Shown here: positions 19,606 through 28,480 of the stretch, piece after piece
Layout: each line of letters opens with the position of its first letter
Position numbering within the stretch: position 1 is the stretch's first letter
The notes under the pieces: model-generated
Told to the model about the DNA's origin: nothing
Seen by the model: the letters and a program-made list of their open reading frames with translations, nothing else
Databases searched by the model: none
Program-made: the position numbers and the translations under genes
Origin: Gammaproteobacteria bacterium
GTDB lineage: Bacteria; Pseudomonadota; Gammaproteobacteria; UBA9214
Reading direction: 5' to 3'
Length of the DNA stretch: 64,000 nt
Assembly: GCA_029860045.1 (NCBI GenBank)
Contig: JAOUBY010000001.1
Coordinates: forward strand, 1,026-65,025

Positions 19606-20616
19606 ATGAGTATTTCACAGGAAAAACAGGCTAAAAAGACCTGCCTGGCGCGCACCTTGCTGGCAAGTCTCCTGTTGTGCGTGACTTCCCAGTCATTTGC
19701 AGAGACCGACGAGCAACCGGTTGAATATGCGCCGACGACGGTCGACATGACCCTGAAGCAGGTGTCAGAGCATGTCTATTTCGTTGAAGGCGTGCCCGGC
19801 ATTCCCACGGACAACGAGGGTTTTATCTCCAATGCCGGGGTCGTTGTGACCGGTGCCGGTGTGGTGGTGTTTGATGCGCTGGGCACGCCGTCACTGGCAA
19901 ACAAGCTGCTGGAAAAGATCCGCGAAATTACCGATCAGCCAGTGGTGCGTGTGGTTGTCAGTCATTATCACGCCGACCACATCTATGGCCTGCAGGTATT
20001 TGCCGATCTCGATGCCGAAATCCTTGCGCCGGTTGGGTCCGACCTCTATCTCGCCTCGGAAAATGCGCGGGAACGCCTGGAGGATCGGCGTTTTACACTG
20101 GATCCGTGGGTCAACGACGATACCCGGCTGGTGTATCCGGACCAGATGCTGAAGCACGGCACGCGTTTCCGGCTGGGCGATGTTGATTTCACGGTTACTG
20201 TGGTAGGTAACGCCCACTCGGATGGCGACATGACCCTGTATGTCGAACCGGATCGTGTGCTGTTTTCCGGCGATATTATTTTCGAGGGGCGGGTGCCGTT
20301 CCTGGGCGATTCGAACACCAAACACTGGGTGCAGGTGCTGGAACGCATGGAGCATGAAAAACTGGTTGCGCTGGTGCCCGGACATGGCGGTGTGGCGGAG
20401 AAGCCTAACGAGACGATTCGCCTGACACGACGCTACCTTGCCTTTTTGCGCGAGCAGATGAAACAGGCGGTGGATGAAATGCTACCGTTTGACGAGGTAT
20501 ACGCGGGGATCGACTGGAGTGAATTCGAGGCGCTGCCGGCGTTCGCCGAGGCCAACCGCCGCAATGCCTACCAGGTCTATCTCTCGCTCGAAGAAGAGTT
20601 GCTCGGTACCCCGTAG
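19606..20616 (+). CDS. secreted MBL-fold metallo-hydrolase
   Basis: HYHADH motif; signal peptide from internal Met (MSISQEK...SQSFAE); inserted between tadA and mltF. Confidence 0.7.
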   Translation: MSISQEKQAKKTCLARTLLASLLLCVTSQSFAETDEQPVEYAPTTVDMTLKQVSEHVYFVEGVPGIPTDNEGFISNAGVVVTGAGVVVFDALGTPSLANKLLEKIREITDQPVVRVVVSHYHADHIYGLQVFADLDAEILAPVGSDLYLASENARERLEDRRFTLDPWVNDDTRLVYPDQMLKHGTRFRLGDVDFTVTVVGNAHSDGDMTLYVEPDRVLFSGDIIFEGRVPFLGDSNTKHWVQVLERMEHEKLVALVPGHGGVAEKPNETIRLTRRYLAFLREQMKQAVDEMLPFDEVYAGIDWSEFEALPAFAEANRRNAYQVYLSLEEELLGTP

Positions 20617-20625
20617 TTTCCGTGC

Positions 20626-22020
20626 TTACAATGCCGGAGAATCGAACCGTAATGGTTCAGGCGGCTGGCCGTTTTCGGCCACTTTCTGCTCCGTAAGCCA
20701 TACCAGGATGTCATAGTAGGTGCGGATATTCTGCACATAGCGCACCGGCTCGCGGCCACGCGCATAGCCATAGCGGGTTTGCTGGAACCATTTTTTCTTG
20801 CTGAGCAGGGGCAGGTTCTTTTTGACGTCCACCCACCTGTCCGGGTCACCCTTGTTCTTGATGGTCAGCTTGCGGGCATCTTCCAGGTGTCCCAGCCCGA
20901 CATTGTAGGCGGCCAGCGCCATCCAGGTGCGATCCGGTTCTGGAATATGCTCCGGCAGGCGTTTCGCCATACGCGCAAGATATTCGGCGCCGCCCATGAT
21001 GCTTTGCACCGGGTCGCTGCGGTTCTCTATACCCAGGTCCTTTGCGGCGTTGCGTGTCAGCATCATCAATCCGCGCACCCCGGTGGGTGAGACCGCGCCC
21101 GGGTCCCAGTGGGATTCCTGGTAACCAATCGCGGCCAGCAGTCGCCAGTCCATTCCAATTCCGCTGGCTGCCTCGGTAAACAGCTCCAGGTACTGCGGGA
21201 GCCGTTGTTCGACATGGGCCTGGTAGCGTCGCGTGCCTACATAATCGAATGTCTCGATATGTCCGAAGTAGCGTTCGATCAATTGTTCCAGCGTCCCGTC
21301 GTGCATGATCTGTTTAAAGAACGCGCCTGCCGCCAGGAACAGGCTGTTGTCCTCACTATTGGGGAAAGCCCATGCCAGGGGCTGGGGTTCATCCAGGTCA
21401 AAGGCGGGTTTGAGCTCCGGGTAATAGTGTCGGTTTACCGCAAGCTCGTGTGAATCCGCCACGGTATAGTCGATCAATTGCTGCCAAACCAGGGTCAGCA
21501 GTTCTTCGCTGCTTTGCTCCGGCTGGGCTTCCCAGCTCAGTTCCGTAAATTCCTGCTTGAGTTCTTCCAGCCGCTCCTCGTGACTGCTGCCGGCAACGAC
21601 TTCGAGTGTGCCCTGCAGGTCGCCCGCTGACCTGGGCCGTTTTGAGCCGCTGCGATAAACCAGTTGCGGGGTAATCTGGTGGTAATTCGGGCCGAAGCGT
21701 ACCTTCTCCCGGCGTTTCTCGGTGGCGGTAAGGCCGGCCGCTGCCAGGTGTGCGTCACCGAGTGCGACCAGTGGCAGGATGTCATTGAAGTTGGGCGGGA
21801 TAACGATGTGCAGCTCCACGCCCAGGTAATCGGCAAAGCGTTTCGCCAGTTCGTACTCAAAGCCGGTTGGTCCGTTGGGACCCTCATAGTAGGTCGTTGC
21901 ACTGTTGCGGGAAATGACGATCAGCTCATTTTTCTGCTGAACCTGTTCCAGCATGGAGGGCGCAGGTCCACAGGCCATCAGTCCGAGACAGAGTATGCAG
22001 CCCAGTAGAAACACAGGCAT
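20626..22020 (-). CDS. mltF: membrane-bound lytic murein transglycosylase F
   Basis: N-terminal SBP_bac_3-like domain plus C-terminal SLT domain (AIGYQESHWDP); start at MPVFLLGCILCLGLMACG lipoprotein signal. Confidence 0.85.
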   Translation of the reverse strand: MPVFLLGCILCLGLMACGPAPSMLEQVQQKNELIVISRNSATTYYEGPNGPTGFEYELAKRFADYLGVELHIVIPPNFNDILPLVALGDAHLAAAGLTATEKRREKVRFGPNYHQITPQLVYRSGSKRPRSAGDLQGTLEVVAGSSHEERLEELKQEFTELSWEAQPEQSSEELLTLVWQQLIDYTVADSHELAVNRHYYPELKPAFDLDEPQPLAWAFPNSEDNSLFLAAGAFFKQIMHDGTLEQLIERYFGHIETFDYVGTRRYQAHVEQRLPQYLELFTEAASGIGMDWRLLAAIGYQESHWDPGAVSPTGVRGLMMLTRNAAKDLGIENRSDPVQSIMGGAEYLARMAKRLPEHIPEPDRTWMALAAYNVGLGHLEDARKLTIKNKGDPDRWVDVKKNLPLLSKKKWFQQTRYGYARGREPVRYVQNIRTYYDILVWLTEQKVAENGQPPEPLRFDSPAL

Positions 22021-22211
22021 GGCAGTTGCCACTGTGCATGCGCTAGAATGTGCAGCCGCAACAGCTTGCTGGAATCGCGCCGTGTTCGGTACTGCTTGTG
22101 TAGACTGCCTGGTCATTCCTGCACAGATGATATTCCTGATTGATTGTGGGGTTATAATACCCTAATTGGGTGCTAAATATTTCAGATATATACCCGTTAT
22201 TCCAGTTTTCT

Positions 22212-22302
22212 GGAGAGGTACCGAAGCGGTCATACCGGCACCGACTCGAAATCGGTTGGTCCTTAACTGGGCACAAGGGTTCGAATCCCTTCCTCTCCGC
22301 CA
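22212..22302 (+). tRNA. tRNA-Ser (anticodon CGA)
   Basis: GGAGAGG acceptor stem, anticodon stem ACCGA/TCGGT with loop CTCGAAA, long variable arm, TTCGAATCC T-loop, encoded CCA. Confidence 0.85.
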
Positions 22303-22308
22303 AACAAT

Positions 22309-22335
22309 AAAGGCCCCATCCGGGGCCTTTTGTAT
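22309..22335 (+). terminator. rho-independent terminator after tRNA-Ser(CGA)
   Basis: AGGCCCCatcCGGGGCCT hairpin followed by TTTTGTATTTG. Confidence 0.7.
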
Positions 22336-22461
22336 TTGTGGTGGGGAAGACTTTTTTAGGTAAGGAGACGGCCGGGTCGGCAGTACCTGCAGGGCTTCGA
22401 CTGATTTGCCGGGAACCCATAGTATCCGGCGCAGGGAGTGCTGGACAAACTCGGGCTTTAT

Positions 22462-24486
22462 TTACTTGTTCGCGGTCGCGCGTTGTTGTACGCCAGATAA
22501 CGGCACAAACTGGTCCAGCGGTTTCGGTGTGTCGATGCCGAAGCCTTGGGCATAATCAACGCCGATGTCGTGCAGTTTTTCCAGGATCTGGTCATTTTCG
22601 ACAAATTCAGCGATCGTTTCCTTGCCCATAACGTGACCGATTTCATTAATGGAGCGGACCATCGCCTCATCGATCGGGTCGTCTACAATGTCCTTGACGA
22701 AGCTGCCGTCGATCTTGAGATAATCTACCGGCAGGTTCTTTAAATAGGCAAATGATGAGAGGCCGCTGCCGAAATCGTCAAGCGCAAACGAACAACCGAT
22801 TTCTTTCAACCGCGAAATGAATTCCGTTGCTTCGCTGAGGTTGGTAATCGCCGCTGTCTCGGTGATTTCAAAACAGATCTTTCCTGCGGGGACTGCGGAT
22901 TCAGTGAGTAAGTCCAGCAAGTAATCCAGGAACCGGGCATCACTGATCGACTGGCCTGACAGGTTGATCGAGCACTTGCCCAGTTGGTCGGTTATGTGTG
23001 AATTCCTGTCTAACCACTCAAAGGTCGTTTTCACTACCCAGCGGTCCAGGGATGTCATGAGATTGTATCGTTCCGCCGCGGGGATAAATGCCCCTGGCGG
23101 GATCAGTTTACCTTTCTCGTCTTTCATGCGAACCAGGATTTCGATCAAACCCAGCGGGCATGCACCGGTACTGCCGACCGAAATTATTTGCTGACAGAAT
23201 AGCTGGAACCTGTTGTTTTCAAGGGCCTCGTTGATTCGCGCTACCCACTGCATTTCCCCGTAGCGATCAACAATCATTGCGTCGTTCTTCCCGAAAACAT
23301 GAATGCGGTTCCGGCCGGCATCCTTGGCGCTGTAACAGGCGGCATCGGCGGCACTCATGATGTTGGCAATGCCCCCGCTGTCCTTGTCGACCAGTACGAC
23401 ACCTATACTGGCGCCTATTACGAAGCTTTTATCTTCCCATACAAAACGGAATTCCTGGACGGTACTCAACAGGGAATTTGCCACGCTGATGGTGTGTTCA
23501 GGCGTACAGTGCTCCAGTAACACGCCGAATTCATCACCCCCGAGGCGCACCAGGATATCGCTATTGCGTATTTTCTGTTGCAATACCGTCGACAATTGCC
23601 GCAACAGTTCGTCACCTGCAACATGACCACAGGTATCGTTGACTATCTTGAACTGATCCAGATCGATATACAGCATCGCATGTGTTGCTTGCTCAGTGAC
23701 AACGCTTTCCAGTGCCCGCTCCAGGTGGTTCTCGAATTCAAACCGGTTGATCAAGCCGGTAAGGGCGTCGTGACTGGCCTGGTAGGATAACTGTTTCTGG
23801 AGTTTCCGTTCCTGGATGATCTGTTTGAACAGCACATCCTCAGTCTGGCTGGTGCGACGCATGACGAAGAACGCGACAACAATGCCGACAGCGATCGCTA
23901 TGGCCAGCAGGATGCCGATAAATACGACTGTTTCGCGATAAGCTTCCCTGGACTCGTCCATTGCGCGCCTGGCGGCGACCTGCTGATACTCCAGCATCTG
24001 GCCTAGTTGCACCAGGACTCTGTCCTGTGCAGGGATTGCATGGTCGAACAGCAACCGGGTGGCACGCTCCGCTTCTTCGTCTACCAGTAACTGTACAACC
24101 TGCTCTTGCAGGGGAACTGACTTGGCCGTCAGTCTTCCCTGCTCATTGTGTAAGGTCAACTCCTCTGGCCCCAGGCCTTTCTTGCTGAGTGCGATGCGGG
24201 CCAGGGCAAACTCCGTTGCCAGCCCGTTCATGCGCATATATTCTTCGTCCCGATCGAAGGGGTCCTTCTGGTTCACCATTCTCAACAGGCTGATGGACCG
24301 CTCGCGGGCGGCATTGTACATGTCGATAATGTGATCAGTTTTTACGTTGTACTGGTCAACGATTGTCTCCATTCTTTGTTTGTTTTCAGCCATCCGGGTG
24401 AGGCCAACCGCCGCCACCATGACCACCAGCGCCATGACGGCTGCAAAACTCACCAGGATGCGGAATTTAGAAGAGATGGTCGACAT
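22462..24486 (-). CDS. membrane sensor GGDEF-EAL protein (diguanylate cyclase / phosphodiesterase)
   Basis: Two TM segments flanking a periplasmic helical domain, then GGDEF (RLGGDEFGVLL) and EAL (EITET...DDFGSG) domains; start at MSTISSKFRIL. Confidence 0.8.
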   Translation of the reverse strand: MSTISSKFRILVSFAAVMALVVMVAAVGLTRMAENKQRMETIVDQYNVKTDHIIDMYNAARERSISLLRMVNQKDPFDRDEEYMRMNGLATEFALARIALSKKGLGPEELTLHNEQGRLTAKSVPLQEQVVQLLVDEEAERATRLLFDHAIPAQDRVLVQLGQMLEYQQVAARRAMDESREAYRETVVFIGILLAIAIAVGIVVAFFVMRRTSQTEDVLFKQIIQERKLQKQLSYQASHDALTGLINRFEFENHLERALESVVTEQATHAMLYIDLDQFKIVNDTCGHVAGDELLRQLSTVLQQKIRNSDILVRLGGDEFGVLLEHCTPEHTISVANSLLSTVQEFRFVWEDKSFVIGASIGVVLVDKDSGGIANIMSAADAACYSAKDAGRNRIHVFGKNDAMIVDRYGEMQWVARINEALENNRFQLFCQQIISVGSTGACPLGLIEILVRMKDEKGKLIPPGAFIPAAERYNLMTSLDRWVVKTTFEWLDRNSHITDQLGKCSINLSGQSISDARFLDYLLDLLTESAVPAGKICFEITETAAITNLSEATEFISRLKEIGCSFALDDFGSGLSSFAYLKNLPVDYLKIDGSFVKDIVDDPIDEAMVRSINEIGHVMGKETIAEFVENDQILEKLHDIGVDYAQGFGIDTPKPLDQFVPLSGVQQRATANK

Positions 24487-24991
24487 CGTCTGATTTAATT
24501 TAACCGGTACCCGCGCCGGGGGCAGCCGCATTGAGGCGGCCAGGTGCGACGCATTCAAGTATAAGTTCCTGTTTTTCAATATCTCCCATAGCAATAGCCC
24601 CGACGGCGATGGGTAGCCAGTTCGCATCACTAGTTGAGGGATTGGTTCTTCGTTATAGGCTAGCGGTCAACATTTGGATTTCATTAGTTTCTTATCCGGG
24701 AGTGATTTACTGATTTCTTGTCGGAATCACACGGCACACAGGACCCCGACCATTGCAGAATGACTGCAAAGTCTCGAATTACGGCCGATACTGTTTTACC
24801 GGTTCTGGATTAGTGGGGCTGAGATAACTAACTGATTGCCCGGCCCGGTTATACTCATCACGCGCTTGATTTAAGCGGTGTGCTCAATACACATACTAAA
24901 AAGAGGGCGATGTGCCGAATCAGGGAAGGGATATATCGGGGGCCGGCGCGCCACTTGCATTTGTTATCCTGATGCGTTGGCTGCGTAATTA

Positions 24992-27838
24992 ATGAAAATC
25001 AAGGGCAAACTTGTTGTGACTTTTGTGTCATTGGCGCTTGCTACGCTGATGGTGCTGGGCGCGATTGCCTATTACAGCGCAGAAAACGCACTCTCTGACC
25101 AGGTTCTCGATAACCTGGAGAGTGTTGCCACGACACAAAAACACAGAATTGAAAGCATTATCGAGCAAAACCTGGAAAGGCTTGCCCTGGTCTCTTCAAG
25201 AACCCAGCTACGGATCAGCCTGAAGGAATACATCGCAGAGCCCAATCAGCAGTCGCGCGATAAAATGAACCGTATCCTGGGCGATGCCGCTGTTTCGATC
25301 AGCGACTTGCGCGGGCTTTTCATCCAGACACTTGACGGCCGGATCGTGGCATCTACAGACCCGGCCTTGATCGGCCAGGTATACGCAGATGAGGACTTTT
25401 TCCTCGCCGGCCTGCACGACAGTCGCGCAGACCTGTTTCATCGGGACGAGGCTCATGCTCACCGGCACGGACCCGGGCACCTGGGAATATATCTTTCGGG
25501 GCCGCTGTCCCTGGAGGAGCAGCGGCTGGGCGTGCTGGTCATTGATACTGATGCATCCAACATCATTGAATCGATCACGGACTACCACGGGCTTGGGAAA
25601 ACCGGAGAGACCTTGCTGGTACGTCGCAATAATGCCGGTGATGCCCTGTTCCTTACGCCTGCCAGGTTCGAGCCGGATTCCGCATTGAGCCGAACGGTGC
25701 AAGCGGGCAATTTGCAATCCCCGTTTACCCGGGCCCTGCTGAAACAGGAGCAATTGCTCACTGATGCGGTGGATTATACAGGCAGGGCCGTTATTGCGGT
25801 TACGCGTTACATTGAGAACGCCGGCTGGGGCCTCATTGTTCAGAGACGTAAGGACGATGCGTATGCGCCGATTGTTGCGTTGCGTCACTCCTTGTTGTTG
25901 CTGATCGGATTATCCGCAGTCGCGGTAGTTCTGGCGTCACTGTATATAGCCGGCACCATCACACGTCCAATCATCCGCCTCACGGAGGTTGCAACCCGGA
26001 TCAGTGGCGGGGCACTTGGGGAACGTGCCGAGGTGAGCACGGGTGATGAAGTCGGCATCCTGGCCAGGGCCTTCAACCAGATGACTGAAGACCTGGTTGA
26101 CGATATCAATGAGCGGCGACAGGCTGAGGAAAAATTTCAGGCGCTGCTGAAGTCTGCGCCTGATGCGATTGTGATTGTCGATCACACGGGCCAGATTATT
26201 CTCGCCAACCTGCGCGCAGAGCTGTTGTTCGGCTATAAAAGCGCAGAATTGATTGGTAAGCCGGTCGAGATGCTGGTGTCAAAGCGCCATCGTCATGAGA
26301 CTGTCTCCATGTGGCAAGCCTTCGTTGATGAGCCACACCATCAGCCGATGGAGGATAGTCATGATCAGTACGGGCTGCACAAGGATGGAACGGAGATTCC
26401 AATCGAGATCAGTCTTGCACCTATAGAAACGCGCGAGGGCCTGCTGGTCGCAAGCGCAATTCGTGATATTACCGACCGCAAGGAGGCGGAAACCCGTCTT
26501 GTGCAGCAGGCCAACTTCGATACCCTGACCGGCTTGCCCAACCGGTCACTGGCTGCAGACCGCCTGTCTCAGGCAATGGCACATGCCCGCAGGGCGCGGG
26601 AGTGCGTGGCTGTTATGTTTCTGGATGTTGATCACTTCAAGAATGTCAACGATACGCTCGGACACGCAGCCGGCGACAAACTGCTTACAGAGGTGGCACA
26701 CCGTCTGAGTCGTTGTGCGCGTACTGAAGATACGGTGGCACGTCTGGGCGGTGACGAGTTCCTGATCATACTTTCCGGGCTGAATACAATCACCTCGGCC
26801 AAGGGCGTGGCCGAGAAACTACTCGAAGCATTAAGTATTCCCTTTGCCCTGGACGGACGTGAACTGTTCCTCGGTGCCAGCATAGGTATAACCGGTTACC
26901 CTGAGGATGGTGACGAATCCGATGTCTTGCTGCGCAATGCTGACGCAGCCATGTACCGGGCGAAAGAGGCCGGGAGAAATACCTACCGGTTCTTTACGCC
27001 CGAGATGAATATTCAGTTGCTCCAACGCCTGGAAATGGAGTCTCACCTGCGTTATGCCGTCAGCAAGAAAGAACTGTCACTCCATTTCCAACCACAGGTT
27101 GACATAAAAAGCGGCGAGCTGGTTGGCGCCGAAGCATTGTTGCGCTGGCACAATCCCGAGCTCGGCCATATTGCACCGGATGACTTCATCCCGCTTGCCG
27201 AAGAGACCGGGCTTATTAATGAAATTGGCGAATGGGTGTTGATGCAGACCTGCCAGACGGCCAGGACCTGGCAGGGCAGGGATACTGCTGTTCGTGTATC
27301 GGTCAATATTTCACCCGTACAGTTCAGGGGCGGTGATCTCGTCGAAACAGTGTCCCGAGCACTTCAGGAGAGCGGTTTGCCCGCGTCACTGCTGGATCTC
27401 GAGATCACCGAACGGGTGCTGGTTGAGGACAATCCCAATACAAGCCGTATCCTGAATGACCTCAAGCGGATGGGTATCCGGCTCACACTGGACGACTTTG
27501 GCAAAGGCTATTCGTCGCTAAGTTACCTCAAACGCTTTCCGTTCGACGTACTCAAGATTGATCGGGCATTTGTGTCGAGCGTGACGGTGGACCCCGAGGA
27601 CGCTGCCCTGTGCAAGGCGATTACCGCGATGGCAAGCAGCCTGAGTCTGCTGGTGGTGGCAGAGGGAGTGGAGACGCTGGATCAGTGGGAGTACCTCCAT
27701 ACGCTCGGTGTCGACCTGGCCCAGGGTTACTACATCAGCAGGCCGCTGGGTAATGAGGCATTTATCAGCTTCATAACAGACGCAGAAAGGTTTCTGCTGG
27801 GTCGTGCCGAGATGAACTGGGACCGTCGCGGCATCTGA
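24992..27838 (+). CDS. Cache-like sensor / HAMP / PAS / GGDEF / EAL signalling protein
   Basis: 948 aa; periplasmic domain between 2 TMs, HAMP, PAS (PDAIVIVDHTGQI), GGDEF (RLGGDEFLIIL), EAL (EITERVL...DDFGKGYSS). Confidence 0.85.
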   Translation: MKIKGKLVVTFVSLALATLMVLGAIAYYSAENALSDQVLDNLESVATTQKHRIESIIEQNLERLALVSSRTQLRISLKEYIAEPNQQSRDKMNRILGDAAVSISDLRGLFIQTLDGRIVASTDPALIGQVYADEDFFLAGLHDSRADLFHRDEAHAHRHGPGHLGIYLSGPLSLEEQRLGVLVIDTDASNIIESITDYHGLGKTGETLLVRRNNAGDALFLTPARFEPDSALSRTVQAGNLQSPFTRALLKQEQLLTDAVDYTGRAVIAVTRYIENAGWGLIVQRRKDDAYAPIVALRHSLLLLIGLSAVAVVLASLYIAGTITRPIIRLTEVATRISGGALGERAEVSTGDEVGILARAFNQMTEDLVDDINERRQAEEKFQALLKSAPDAIVIVDHTGQIILANLRAELLFGYKSAELIGKPVEMLVSKRHRHETVSMWQAFVDEPHHQPMEDSHDQYGLHKDGTEIPIEISLAPIETREGLLVASAIRDITDRKEAETRLVQQANFDTLTGLPNRSLAADRLSQAMAHARRARECVAVMFLDVDHFKNVNDTLGHAAGDKLLTEVAHRLSRCARTEDTVARLGGDEFLIILSGLNTITSAKGVAEKLLEALSIPFALDGRELFLGASIGITGYPEDGDESDVLLRNADAAMYRAKEAGRNTYRFFTPEMNIQLLQRLEMESHLRYAVSKKELSLHFQPQVDIKSGELVGAEALLRWHNPELGHIAPDDFIPLAEETGLINEIGEWVLMQTCQTARTWQGRDTAVRVSVNISPVQFRGGDLVETVSRALQESGLPASLLDLEITERVLVEDNPNTSRILNDLKRMGIRLTLDDFGKGYSSLSYLKRFPFDVLKIDRAFVSSVTVDPEDAALCKAITAMASSLSLLVVAEGVETLDQWEYLHTLGVDLAQGYYISRPLGNEAFISFITDAERFLLGRAEMNWDRRGI

Positions 27839-27871
27839 TCCATATTCTTTCAGGGCAGAGGCTGCTGCTGA

Positions 27872-28477
27872 TTATTCCAGGTCGGCGATCATTGCCAGTC
27901 TGACCAGTTCGGTAGACGAGATTGCCTCCATCTTTGTCATGAGATTGGCTCGGTGTAGTTCCACGGTCTTGACGCTGATACCAAGTGCCTGGGCAATGAC
28001 CTTGTTTTGCGACGAGCGGATGACATGTCCCATGACTTCCCGCTCACGCGGCGTGAGCAGTTGCGAGCGCTGCCTGATTTCGTCGACCCGCTCCTGGTTG
28101 CGTCGGTTGTCACGGTCATAGGCAATGGCGCCCTGAACCCGTTCGAGCATGAGTGCATCGTTGTAGGGCTTCTCGATGAAATCCCAGGCGCTGGCCTTCA
28201 TCGCGCGCACGGCCATGGCGACATCCGCGTGTCCGGTAACAATAATGACGGGGATGTCGGCGCCGCATTCGCGGAGTTTTGCGTGCAACTCCATGCCGTT
28301 GATATCGGGCATGCGCACATCAAGCACGACACAACCGGGGTCTCCAATCTTGTAGTGGTCAAGAAATGCCATGCCATTCTCGAATACGCGCACTGCCTGG
28401 CCTGCGGACTCGATGAGCCACTGGAGCGATTCCCGGGCCAGGCGATCATCATCGATGATGTAGACGATGGGTTGCAT
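27872..28477 (-). CDS. FixJ/LuxR-family two-component response regulator (TtrR-like)
   Basis: REC domain (DDD...VLDVRMP...K) plus LuxR-type HTH; 3-nt gap from the histidine-kinase gene. Confidence 0.85.
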   Translation of the reverse strand: MQPIVYIIDDDRLARESLQWLIESAGQAVRVFENGMAFLDHYKIGDPGCVVLDVRMPDINGMELHAKLRECGADIPVIIVTGHADVAMAVRAMKASAWDFIEKPYNDALMLERVQGAIAYDRDNRRNQERVDEIRQRSQLLTPREREVMGHVIRSSQNKVIAQALGISVKTVELHRANLMTKMEAISSTELVRLAMIADLE

Positions 28478-28480
28478 GGT